Below are positions 1 through 7,459 of a stretch of 15,147 nt of DNA, in pieces. The notes below the pieces were generated by a model. The model saw only the letters and a list, made by a program, of their open reading frames with translations, had not been told where the DNA came from and did not search any database. The stretch is from contig JBECKX010000093.1 in assembly GCA_040235515.1 (NCBI GenBank), positions 1 to 15,147 on the forward strand, written 5' to 3'. A program made the translations under genes and the position numbers. The DNA is from Candidatus Zixiibacteriota bacterium (GTDB taxonomy: Bacteria > Zixibacteria > MSB-5A5 > CAIYYT01). Within the stretch, counting starts at the first letter, position 1. Every line of letters starts with the position of its first letter.

Positions 1-1072
1 ACATATCGCCGAACCACTGGTGGCCGGTTTCATGGGCGATAACCCAGTCGGTGTAGAAACCGGGATTATAGAAGGAGCAGGTTTGATGCTCCATTGCGCC
101 GCCCCAGCCATAGTGAGCATTACCGGCTTTCTCGGTTGCGTACGGATAGGTGCCGTAGCGATCGCTCAGGGCGGTCAGGACCGGTCGCATATGAGTCTCG
201 AAAGCGGTCTTGGCGCTGGGTGAAGCCGGTACGGTGTAGGAATACACCGGCATGGAATAGCTGTCGTAGGTCCAGGTTTGGGTCGAGGTCGTGAAGTTCG
301 AGCATGTGATCGCAAGGAGATAGGTTGCGATCGGGTAGTTGTGCTTGAAGTGGACCAGGTTTCTGCCGCCGCCGATCGAAACATCGGAGATGATTGCGCC
401 GGCGCTCATGCACTTCATGGTCGAGGGGTACTCGATCCAGACATCGACCGAATCAGGCTTATCAAGCGGATAATCTTTGCACGGCAACCAGTTGCGTGTG
501 CCGTACGGTTCGCAGTTGGTGAAGCACATTTGCGATCCCCAGACGCTGCCGAACGCCATACCCTGCTGGTTGATATAGGCTGGTGAGCCATGGTAGTAGA
601 GGGTCATATTGAATTCCTGTCCGGTAGAGAAAGAGCCGGGCAGAGTAATCGCGATGATGTCGGCGGCGTGGCTGAAGAAGGCGGGTGTACCGTTCACGAA
701 GATGGAATCGACCGAGAGCTGGTCGATTAAGTTGAGATCGACTGCGCTGAGGTTTGGTACTGTTGACTTGATCTTATAGTCAACGTATCCGCTAATCTGG
801 CTGGTCGTGAAATTGAGTGAGAGATGAAGACCGTAGTAACGGACATCGAAGTCGGCCTGGTTTCCATCGACCTTGGTCGCTTCGAGCAGCATGTTATTGC
901 GGATCGCGTCCTGGATACCTTCGCTCTTAGCGGCATAGAATGCGTGGCGATCGGCTTTCAGTTGTGCGATATCCTCCGGCGTCATGTTGGTGTAATCGTA
1001 AGTCTTCAGTTGGCCGAAGAGCGGAGCGCAGAGAGCGAGAGTAAGGGCCAATATCAGAAGCTTTCGTGTCAT
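1..1072 (-). CDS. M1-family zinc aminopeptidase, secreted; 5' part only, C-terminus runs off the left edge
   Basis: Manual translation from ATG at 1072, with SD GGAGG at 1081-1077, is open to the window edge (357 codons). It starts with a signal peptide (MTRKLLILALTLALCAPLFG) and contains EPYGTRNWLPCKDYPLDK, PIATYLLA, the exopeptidase motif GAMEH (100-86) and the zinc motif HETGHQWFGD (HEXXH at 34-20). Confidence 0.95.
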   Translation of the reverse strand, partial: MTRKLLILALTLALCAPLFGQLKTYDYTNMTPEDIAQLKADRHAFYAAKSEGIQDAIRNNMLLEATKVDGNQADFDVRYYGLHLSLNFTTSQISGYVDYKIKSTVPNLSAVDLNLIDQLSVDSIFVNGTPAFFSHAADIIAITLPGSFSTGQEFNMTLYYHGSPAYINQQGMAFGSVWGSQMCFTNCEPYGTRNWLPCKDYPLDKPDSVDVWIEYPSTMKCMSAGAIISDVSIGGGRNLVHFKHNYPIATYLLAITCSNFTTSTQTWTYDSYSMPVYSYTVPASPSAKTAFETHMRPVLTALSDRYGTYPYATEKAGNAHYGWGGAMEHQTCSFYNPGFYTDWVIAHETGHQWFGDM

Positions 1073-1385
1073 TGTTCCTCCAAGAAGGCAGGGTCAAGCG
1101 TTAAATTGGTAAAGATAATTCGCCTGCCCTGGGGCAGGGGTGCTCGGAATTAAGCTGGGGTTGATTTCTATCGTCAAGGTACATCGAAACTTATACATGG
1201 AGCTAAGACGCAGACACACTACGATTTGTGAAGTGTCTTGAGAAATGAGCCGTGCACCGGGGTGGTAGTGTGCGATTCGATCAGAAAGTGACAATTTAAG
1301 CTCTCAAGTATCTGTGGAGTCGTCGAGGAAATCGATCGTAGAAGTCGCAAAAGATTTCACACTAACGAGTCGGTATAGTACGTCT

Positions 1386-1415
1386 AGAATATATGTTGAC
1401 AAAATAGTCTGTCAA
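1386..1415 (-). promoter_or_regulatory. Putative sigma70 promoter for the aminopeptidase gene
   Basis: Minus-strand TTGACA (1415-1410), followed by TATATT at 16 nt (1393-1388) or TATTCT at 18 nt (1391-1386). Confidence 0.5.
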
Positions 1416-1542
1416 GGCATCACTCCGTTTGAATCGGTGATACTCACGAATTTCTGATCCGATTTGGCGGATTATCTGCTTTTCACACGTCTCTACAATT
1501 TGAAACAGAAGATGTTCTTCTGAGTTCCATTCTCCCAATCTC

Positions 1543-1570
1543 TCAAGCTTCTGACAAGCTGTTCCGATAC
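1543..1570 (+). promoter_or_regulatory. Putative sigma28 (FliA/SigD)-type promoter for the rsbU...cheY operon
   Basis: TCAA (1543-1546) - 16 nt - TCCGATAC (1563-1570), close to the TAAA/TCAA-N15-16-GCCGATAW consensus, upstream of an operon containing cheY. Confidence 0.5.
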
Positions 1571-1804
1571 TATCAGTTAAGAGGCAGACTGGCGTGGATT
1601 TCGTGCAGCGCGGGCTGAATCGACCGGAAAAGACGTGCGCGAGGGCAGGCGGAGAGCGCTTGGCTGCGGCTGAGGGTGACTGTCGATCACGGGCGAATGC
1701 CGGGTAGAGTTGTCCAAAATCGAATCTTCACTCATAGGGGCTAGAACTGCATCGGAACCTGGCAGTGGTGAGATGCAGCCACCGAAACACTGACAGAAAT
1801 ATCT

Positions 1805-3106
1805 ATGCTTGACCAACTCGAACGTAAAATTCAGAATCTGGAATCGCGGCTTTCGGAGATGGAGTCAAAGGCTGACTCGCAGCATCGTCAGTTAGAGGAT
1901 GTTGCCGTGATGGGCGCGATGATAACCTCGCTGCTTGATATCGACCATATTCTGGCGGCGATGATGGAGATGGCGATCAGGTCGGTCCGGGGCGAGGTTG
2001 GGAGCATCCACCTGATCGAGCATGGCGTGTTGCAGACAAAAATATCGTGGGGGATTGACGAGAGTGTGCTGGAGGAGATTCGCCACGAGACGGGGGTTGA
2101 CATCGCCGGCTGGACTCTTTCGACCGGCAAGGCGCGGATTCACAACGATCTTGACGCGGTTCATGGTGACGGCGGCCGGGTGCGTGGTTTGATCAGCGTA
2201 CCGATCGCGCACAAAGAGGAGCCGGTCGGGGTATTGATTATCATCAACAAGGAGAATGGTGAGTCGTTTACCGCCGAGGACAGCCTCAAGCTGGAGTCAC
2301 TGGTGCGATTTGCCGCGGTGGCGATCGCGAACGCTGCGCTGATGCGCGAGCGCTTGAAGCAGCAAAGGCTTCAGCAGGAGCTTGAACTGGCCCGGGTGGT
2401 ACAGACTGCGCTGTTGCCGGAGCCATCGGCGCGCTTTGAGGGAGCGACGATCGAGGCGCTTTACCAGCCGGCGGGCCAGGTGGGTGGCGACTACTACGAT
2501 GTGATCGGCCTGAGTGACAAGGAATTCGTGGTGATTGTCGGGGATGTTTCGAACAAGGGGGTGCCGGCGGCGCTCCAGATGGCGGCGGTGAGGTCGGCGT
2601 TTCGGCTCGAGTGCGCTATCGGGGTTGATCCGACAGAATTGATCGACCGGCTCAATGCCTTTATCTGCGGGCAGGTGATGCTTACCGACAACATGTTCAT
2701 CTCGCTGGTATACGCCCATTTCGACTTGGAGAGCGGGACATGCCGCTACGTCAACGCCGGACATATTCCCCCGGTTAAGCTAAGCCGGCAGAGGGAGGAT
2801 TTTGTCCTGCTGAAGACAGGCGGTGTGGCGCTGGGGCAGTTTCCCGATTTCCACTATTCCGCCGAGACGGTCGAACTGGTTTCGGGGGACCGGGTACTGT
2901 TTTACACCGACGGTCTCAATGAAGCGATTTCCGCGCGGGGGGAGATATTCGGACGCGACCGGGTTCATGATCTGGCGGTGAAGAACAGATCATGCCGGCT
3001 GAGTGAATATCCGCGCCGGTTGCTGCGTGCGGCAGAGATGTTTCGCGCCAGCGACAGTGTGGAGAATGTCGACGACACGACGATTTTAGTGGTCGAGGTG
3101 GCGTGA
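1805..3106 (+). CDS. GAF-domain PP2C/SpoIIE-family serine phosphatase (RsbU/RsbP-like)
   Basis: 433 aa. N-terminal coiled coil, GAF domain (ISVPI...GVLIIINK...FTAED), linker ELELARVVQTALLP, and PP2C metal-binding motifs GGDYYD, GDVSNKG, NAGH, YTDG and DDTT. Confidence 0.93.
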   Translation: MLDQLERKIQNLESRLSEMESKADSQHRQLEDVAVMGAMITSLLDIDHILAAMMEMAIRSVRGEVGSIHLIEHGVLQTKISWGIDESVLEEIRHETGVDIAGWTLSTGKARIHNDLDAVHGDGGRVRGLISVPIAHKEEPVGVLIIINKENGESFTAEDSLKLESLVRFAAVAIANAALMRERLKQQRLQQELELARVVQTALLPEPSARFEGATIEALYQPAGQVGGDYYDVIGLSDKEFVVIVGDVSNKGVPAALQMAAVRSAFRLECAIGVDPTELIDRLNAFICGQVMLTDNMFISLVYAHFDLESGTCRYVNAGHIPPVKLSRQREDFVLLKTGGVALGQFPDFHYSAETVELVSGDRVLFYTDGLNEAISARGEIFGRDRVHDLAVKNRSCRLSEYPRRLLRAAEMFRASDSVENVDDTTILVVEVA

Positions 3107-3561
3107 TGAAGCAGATCGGCCATTATTCCCTCAGTTCCGATCCGAAGCATTTTCGAGAGATTTATGAGGTCGTCGACGAGATCGTGCAGTTGACCGGGAT
3201 GCGGGGGCGGCAGAAGTTCATGTTTGCGGTCTGCATAACCGAGGCATTCACCAACGCGAATCTCCACGGCAACTGCAACAACCCGGAAAAGCGGGTTGAG
3301 CTGACGTTCTGGAGTGACGGCAATCGGTTGATTGCCACGGTGGCGGACCAGGGCTGCGGGTCAGCAGCGGATATACCGCAAACTCTTGAATTAAACCAAA
3401 TTAAATCGGACAAATTCTCCGGTAGGGGGGTGGCGATCATGCGGGAATTTGCCGATAACTTCGAGGTAGAAGAAAGAATTTGCAAGGGCATACAAGTTCG
3501 TCTCGAATGGAACATGGAAGTGCATGTTCCCGCAGCGGCGCCCGAAGTTCTCGATAAATAA
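3106..3561 (+). CDS. RsbW/SpoIIAB-like anti-sigma factor / serine kinase (HATPase_c_2)
   Basis: N box EAFTNANLHGN, G1 DQGCG and G2 SGRGVAIM. ATG 3106 overlaps the upstream stop (TGATG) and has SD GAGGT at 3095-3099; GTG 3103 is an alternative start. Confidence 0.92.
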   Translation: MKQIGHYSLSSDPKHFREIYEVVDEIVQLTGMRGRQKFMFAVCITEAFTNANLHGNCNNPEKRVELTFWSDGNRLIATVADQGCGSAADIPQTLELNQIKSDKFSGRGVAIMREFADNFEVEERICKGIQVRLEWNMEVHVPAAAPEVLDK

Positions 3562-3575
3562 GTCCGGAGGCATGG

Positions 3576-3938
3576 ATGAATTTCCACGTAGTGCAGCATG
3601 CAGACTTTCTCACGCTGAGTATGAAGGGGAGGCTCGATATCTCGACGGCATCGATGCTGAAGGAGAAGGTGCTCGATCATGTGTCGAAGGGCGCCCGTTC
3701 GATCATCCTGAACATGGCGCAGGTCGACTTCATCAACAGCTCGGGACTCGGCACGCTGGTATCGATCCTCAAGGAGACGCGGGCGCGGGGCAGCCGCCTG
3801 GTGCTGTCGAATCTGGCGAACCATGTACACGAGATTTTCGAGATAACGCAGCTGGCGGAGATATTCGAGATATTCCCGGTGGAGGCGGACGCGCAGAGTG
3901 CGTTGAAGAGTCCCGCCAAGACCGGAGTGCGCGCATAA
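3576..3938 (+). CDS. STAS-domain anti-sigma factor antagonist (RsbV/SpoIIAA-like)
   Basis: 120 aa with GRLD, the phospho-acceptor motif FINSSGLGTLV (Ser55/Ser56) and VHEIFEITQL. SD GGAGG at 3566-3570. Confidence 0.93.
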   Translation: MNFHVVQHADFLTLSMKGRLDISTASMLKEKVLDHVSKGARSIILNMAQVDFINSSGLGTLVSILKETRARGSRLVLSNLANHVHEIFEITQLAEIFEIFPVEADAQSALKSPAKTGVRA

Positions 3939-4039
3939 GGCGTAACGCCCGGCGATGAGTGAACCAGGTGTCAGTTGTGGCAATTGCCTTGATGGCACAG
4001 CCGCATGACGTCAACATCGAATTCGCGGAGTAACTGAAG

Positions 4040-4483
4040 ATGGAGAACACGAGGGTACTGATTGTAGATGATGAGCTTCTGATCCGCGACCTGCTCTACG
4101 ATTTCTTTACCTCGCGTGATCTCGATGTTACGACCTGCAATGATGCACACGATGCGCTGAAGATGCTCGAAGAAGCACCCCGATTTGATGTAGTCCTGAC
4201 AGATATTCGAATGGAAGGGGAGGATGGCTTGTCGCTGGTCGACAAGATCCGTGACGTTTGCCCGACGGTACCGGTGGTAATCATGACCGGTTATCCTTCG
4301 GTAGAGACAGCCGTGGAAGCGCTCCGCAAGCGAGTGTTCGACTACGTGATCAAGCCCTTCAACATCAACCGACTTTTCAACACGGTGATTGCGGCGGCTC
4401 AGGAAAATTCGCCCGACAGGGGCACGAACAATAAACAACACGATGTGAGGACGGAGTATGCGTCCGAGAATTTTAGTAGTTGA
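4040..4483 (+). CDS. Single-domain response regulator (NtrC-type receiver, no output domain)
   Basis: VLIVDDE, phospho-Asp in LTDIRM, MTGY and YVIKPF, with a short tail. SD GGAG at 4027-4030. Confidence 0.9.
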   Translation: MENTRVLIVDDELLIRDLLYDFFTSRDLDVTTCNDAHDALKMLEEAPRFDVVLTDIRMEGEDGLSLVDKIRDVCPTVPVVIMTGYPSVETAVEALRKRVFDYVIKPFNINRLFNTVIAAAQENSPDRGTNNKQHDVRTEYASENFSS

Positions 4484-5060
4484 TGACGAGCTGTTTATTC
4501 GCGAGCTGTTGCAGGAGTTTCTGACCCGCAGCGGTTACGACGTCGCCACAGCCGCCGAGGCCCACGAAGCATTGAGGAAAGCACAGATGAACGACTACGA
4601 TGCGGTGCTGGTGGATCTGCGTGTGAGCGAGGGGAACGGATTCGATCTGGTGCAGGCGATCCGGCATCACAGTCCTGATTCATCGATACTTCCGATGACA
4701 GGCTATCCGTCGGTGAGCACGGCACGGGAGGCGATCCGGCATGGTGCATTTGACTATGTGGTCAAGCCGTTCCGGTTGAAGGAGCTTGCGGAGACGGTGG
4801 AGTCTGCGGTCGCGGAGTGTCGTCGTCGCTATGAGTCAAGACAGGTAAAAGAGCGGCTTACGGAGCTCGAGGCGAAGATCGCCGCGATGAGTGTACGTGA
4901 GTCGAGACAGAAGCTCACCCTCAAGCGCGGGACCGAGGAGATAGCGGGGTCGGGCGACCCGGTTGAAGGTATCGACTCGGCGCCAGATTCACTCGGGCGG
5001 CGCCTTCAGCGCAGCCGTGAAGCGAGCAGCGTTGAGAGTTTGCAGCCGGGAATCGACTGA
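4458..5060 (+). CDS. Response regulator: receiver domain plus coiled coil and low-complexity tail
   Basis: ILVVDDE, LVDLRV, MTGY and YVVKPF, then heptad-like VKERLTELEAKIAAM. Overlaps the previous gene by 26 bp; GAGG/GGAG lies just upstream of the ATG. Confidence 0.88.
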   Translation: MRPRILVVDDELFIRELLQEFLTRSGYDVATAAEAHEALRKAQMNDYDAVLVDLRVSEGNGFDLVQAIRHHSPDSSILPMTGYPSVSTAREAIRHGAFDYVVKPFRLKELAETVESAVAECRRRYESRQVKERLTELEAKIAAMSVRESRQKLTLKRGTEEIAGSGDPVEGIDSAPDSLGRRLQRSREASSVESLQPGID

Positions 5061-5147
5061 CCCGGAATCGATGGTAAGGGAGCTAGCGCGAACTGAGTCA
5101 GGTTCGACCGCCGTGCACGCCGTGCATCTGGGAATTCAACTACTGTG

Positions 5148-5546
5148 ATGGATAAGAATATGACGGACATCAAGATATTGGCAGTCGACGATTCACCCAC
5201 GATGCGCCGGATCATTGTGAACACGCTGAAGCGAGCGGGTTATTGCAACATCACGGAAGCATCCGACGGCAGGGAAGCGCTGGCGCGTTTGAAGGTTGAA
5301 GAGTTCGACTTCGTGATTACCGACTGGAACATGCCAGAGATGGATGGGCTGAAGTTCGTGAGCGAACTGCGCTCCGAGGAGAAGTATCGTGCGTTGCCGG
5401 TGGTGATGGTTACGAGTCGATCGGTGAAGGAAGACATATTGTTGGCCAAGGAAGCGGGTGTCAACGGGTACGTTGTCAAACCGTTCGCTCCGGAGGTCTT
5501 GATTGAAAAGGTTGAGCAGACGTTGAAACCCGAGGAGGGAGCTTAA
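5148..5546 (+). CDS. cheY: Chemotaxis response regulator CheY
   Basis: KILAVDDSPTMRRII, ITDWNMPEMDG, LPVVMVT and AGVNGYVVKPF closely follow the canonical CheY pattern. Start is uncertain (5145 GTG, 5148 ATG or 5160 ATG). Confidence 0.85.
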   Translation: MDKNMTDIKILAVDDSPTMRRIIVNTLKRAGYCNITEASDGREALARLKVEEFDFVITDWNMPEMDGLKFVSELRSEEKYRALPVVMVTSRSVKEDILLAKEAGVNGYVVKPFAPEVLIEKVEQTLKPEEGA

Positions 5547-5944
5547 TGAATCAGCAAACAGCAGCAGGCCATCAGGTTGACACCGGCCTAAAGGCTGAAC
5601 TGGCGGAGATAGTCGATATGCTTAAAGAGATGGGGGATGCCCGCAACTTCGAGCAGGCGCAGTCATCGGGCGGTGGGATCGATTCGGTCGCGAACCGCAC
5701 GGTCGATATGCAGGGGATGCTCAAGGAGCTGCGCAGGACTCTCCCGGCCACTTATTTTCGTAACAACTCGCGGGTAAAACGGATCTTCGACCAGATCGTG
5801 GAGGCGCACGAGACGAACCGCGAAGAGGTGTTCGCGCTGCGCCAGAATGGCGGCTCAGCTTCCGGGATGGGGGGGACGTCGAGTTTCCTCGAAAAGATCG
5901 AGCGTTGCAAACGTCGCCTGAACGAAGTGATCTCACGCATTTGA
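5546..5944 (+). CDS. Hypothetical helical protein translationally coupled to cheY
   Basis: 132 aa. TAATG overlap with the cheY stop, strong SD (GAGGAGG), and a terminator downstream. No family motif recognised. Confidence 0.8.
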   Translation: MNQQTAAGHQVDTGLKAELAEIVDMLKEMGDARNFEQAQSSGGGIDSVANRTVDMQGMLKELRRTLPATYFRNNSRVKRIFDQIVEAHETNREEVFALRQNGGSASGMGGTSSFLEKIERCKRRLNEVISRI

Positions 5945-6012
5945 ACGTACTCTAAATCGTTCGCTGCCGGTGCGAGGCCTCGCGGTCAGCAGGCAGTCAG
6001 ATAGCAACTTAC

Positions 6013-6044
6013 AAGAGCGGTCCGCCGGGCCGCTCTTTTGTTTT
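6013..6044 (+). terminator. Rho-independent terminator ending the partner-switching/cheY operon
   Basis: Stem AAGAGCGGTCC (6013-6023) / GGGCCGCTCTT (6027-6037) with a GCC loop, running into a TTTTGTTTT tract (6036-6044). Confidence 0.85.
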
Positions 6045-6103
6045 GGCAGGCGCCCGTCAGCATCGCGTGCCCAAATTCTCTACAGATAGCGCCAAGGTTT
6101 TTG

Positions 6104-6133
6104 TTGATGCGGAGTCCCGAACGGCTCTATACT
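6104..6133 (+). promoter_or_regulatory. Putative sigma70 promoter for the kinase/activator pair
   Basis: TTGATG (6104-6109) - 18 nt - TATACT (6128-6133), 9 nt before ATG 6143. Confidence 0.5.
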
Positions 6134-6142
6134 TACCGCACT

Positions 6143-7459
6143 ATGGTAAAACAAGCCGACAAACCAGCCGGCAAGCGGGTGGCCAAGGAAGTGCCTCCGA
6201 AGAAGAGCGCCGAGGAACAGATCGCAGTATTCAACGAGACGTTTGAGTCGTTCAACCAGACTTTAAAGCAGGTAAACGACTCGTACGCGCGGTTGCAGAA
6301 GCGATACCAGAAGCTCTCTGACGAGTTGACGGCCACCAATGACAAGCTGTTGCAGGCGCTTGATCAGAACATCCAGACACGCAGTTTCCTGGAGAATATC
6401 CTCGAATCGCTGACTTCCGGAGTTATGACGATTGATCTGGATGGGAGGATCAATTCGATCAACAAGGCGGGTTGCGAAATCCTGCAGGTGTCGGCGGAGT
6501 CGCTGATCGACCAGGCGTATGACAAGATTTACGATGGCACCCTGCGGCGCCCCTGTTCACTGACGGATTTGCTCAGCAACGGTCCCGGCTACCGCCACGT
6601 TGAGAAGCTGGTGCAGCTTGCGGGTGGTCAGCAGGTTCCGATCCTGGTGTCGAGTTCGTGCATCCACGACCATGATGGGGAAGTGGTCGGCGCGCTGGAG
6701 ATTTTCGATGATCTGACGGAGCTGCGGCGGATGCAGGAAGAGATGGCGCAGGTGAAGAGCCTGGCGGCGCTCGGCGAAGTTGCCGCAGTGGTGGCGCACG
6801 AAGTACGTAATCCGCTGAATGGAATCGAGGGGTTTGCTTCGATGTTGCGCGAGGAACTGGGTGAGGAGCATCCGAAGATCGGCTACGTCGATAAGATCAT
6901 CGCCGGGGTCGGTAAACTGAACCGCTCGGTCAGTTCGTTGCTCGATTATGCCCGCGATCTCAAGCATGATCCGCAACAGGAGGATCTGTGCAGTTTCCTC
7001 AAGGAGACGATAGATTATTTTCGGATGGATCTCGGCGCGCGTGGCATCAGCACCAGGATTGAATTGAAGACGCCGGCCACTGAAGTGCCGTGCCTGTTCG
7101 ATCGGGAGAATCTTTCCGGTGCGCTGATCAATCTGTTTAACAACGCCAGCGAGGCGATGGATCATGCGGGGCGGATAACCGTCCTGGCGGAGACGCACTC
7201 GTCGGGGGTGGCGATCGACGTGATCGACGAGGGGAAGTCGGTGCCCGATGAGATCAAGGGACAGATATTCACGCCATTTTTCACGACGCGTGAAGGCGGC
7301 ACCGGGCTGGGGCTGGCGCTGGTTCGCAAGGTGATCGATGCGCACAAGGGGGAGATTGAAGTTCACGACAACAAGCCGCGCGGTTCTGTATTTCGGGTTG
7401 TGCTGCCGCAATCCGCGCCGCGACCGCAAGGCAGAGAGGGCCAGGCAGGATCAAGGTGA
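6143..7459 (+). CDS. Cytoplasmic PAS-domain sensor histidine kinase, FleS/FlrB/FlgS-like
   Basis: No TM segment. N-terminal coiled coil FESFNQTLKQVNDSYARLQ resembles the FleS/FlrB N-terminus; PAS domain (LESLTSGVMTIDLDGRINSINKAG); H box AHEVRNPL, N box NLFNNASEAM, F box IFTPFFTTR and G2 GTGLGL. ATG 6143 is preferred over TTG 6038, which lies inside the terminator. Confidence 0.9.
   Translation: MVKQADKPAGKRVAKEVPPKKSAEEQIAVFNETFESFNQTLKQVNDSYARLQKRYQKLSDELTATNDKLLQALDQNIQTRSFLENILESLTSGVMTIDLDGRINSINKAGCEILQVSAESLIDQAYDKIYDGTLRRPCSLTDLLSNGPGYRHVEKLVQLAGGQQVPILVSSSCIHDHDGEVVGALEIFDDLTELRRMQEEMAQVKSLAALGEVAAVVAHEVRNPLNGIEGFASMLREELGEEHPKIGYVDKIIAGVGKLNRSVSSLLDYARDLKHDPQQEDLCSFLKETIDYFRMDLGARGISTRIELKTPATEVPCLFDRENLSGALINLFNNASEAMDHAGRITVLAETHSSGVAIDVIDEGKSVPDEIKGQIFTPFFTTREGGTGLGLALVRKVIDAHKGEIEVHDNKPRGSVFRVVLPQSAPRPQGREGQAGSR

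Noticed and set aside
20..1153. Short ORFs in the track (20-223, 94-294, 120-413, 175-384, 278-586, 727-936, 824-1153)
   Set aside because: They are antisense or off-frame shadows of the motif-supported M1 aminopeptidase on the minus strand.
1131..1165. GGGGTGCT...GCTG resembling the start of a TPP riboswitch
   Set aside because: It lacks CTGAGA and the downstream ACCTGA...AGCGTAGG core, and is in the wrong orientation for the nearest gene.
1094..1816. Intergenic ORFs 1094-1294 (-) and 1577-1816 (-)
   Set aside because: No motifs or convincing SD, and they overlap the predicted leader regions or the rsbU start.
6038..6142. N-terminal extension of the kinase from TTG 6038
   Set aside because: The start lies in the terminator T-tract and the extension covers the predicted promoter.
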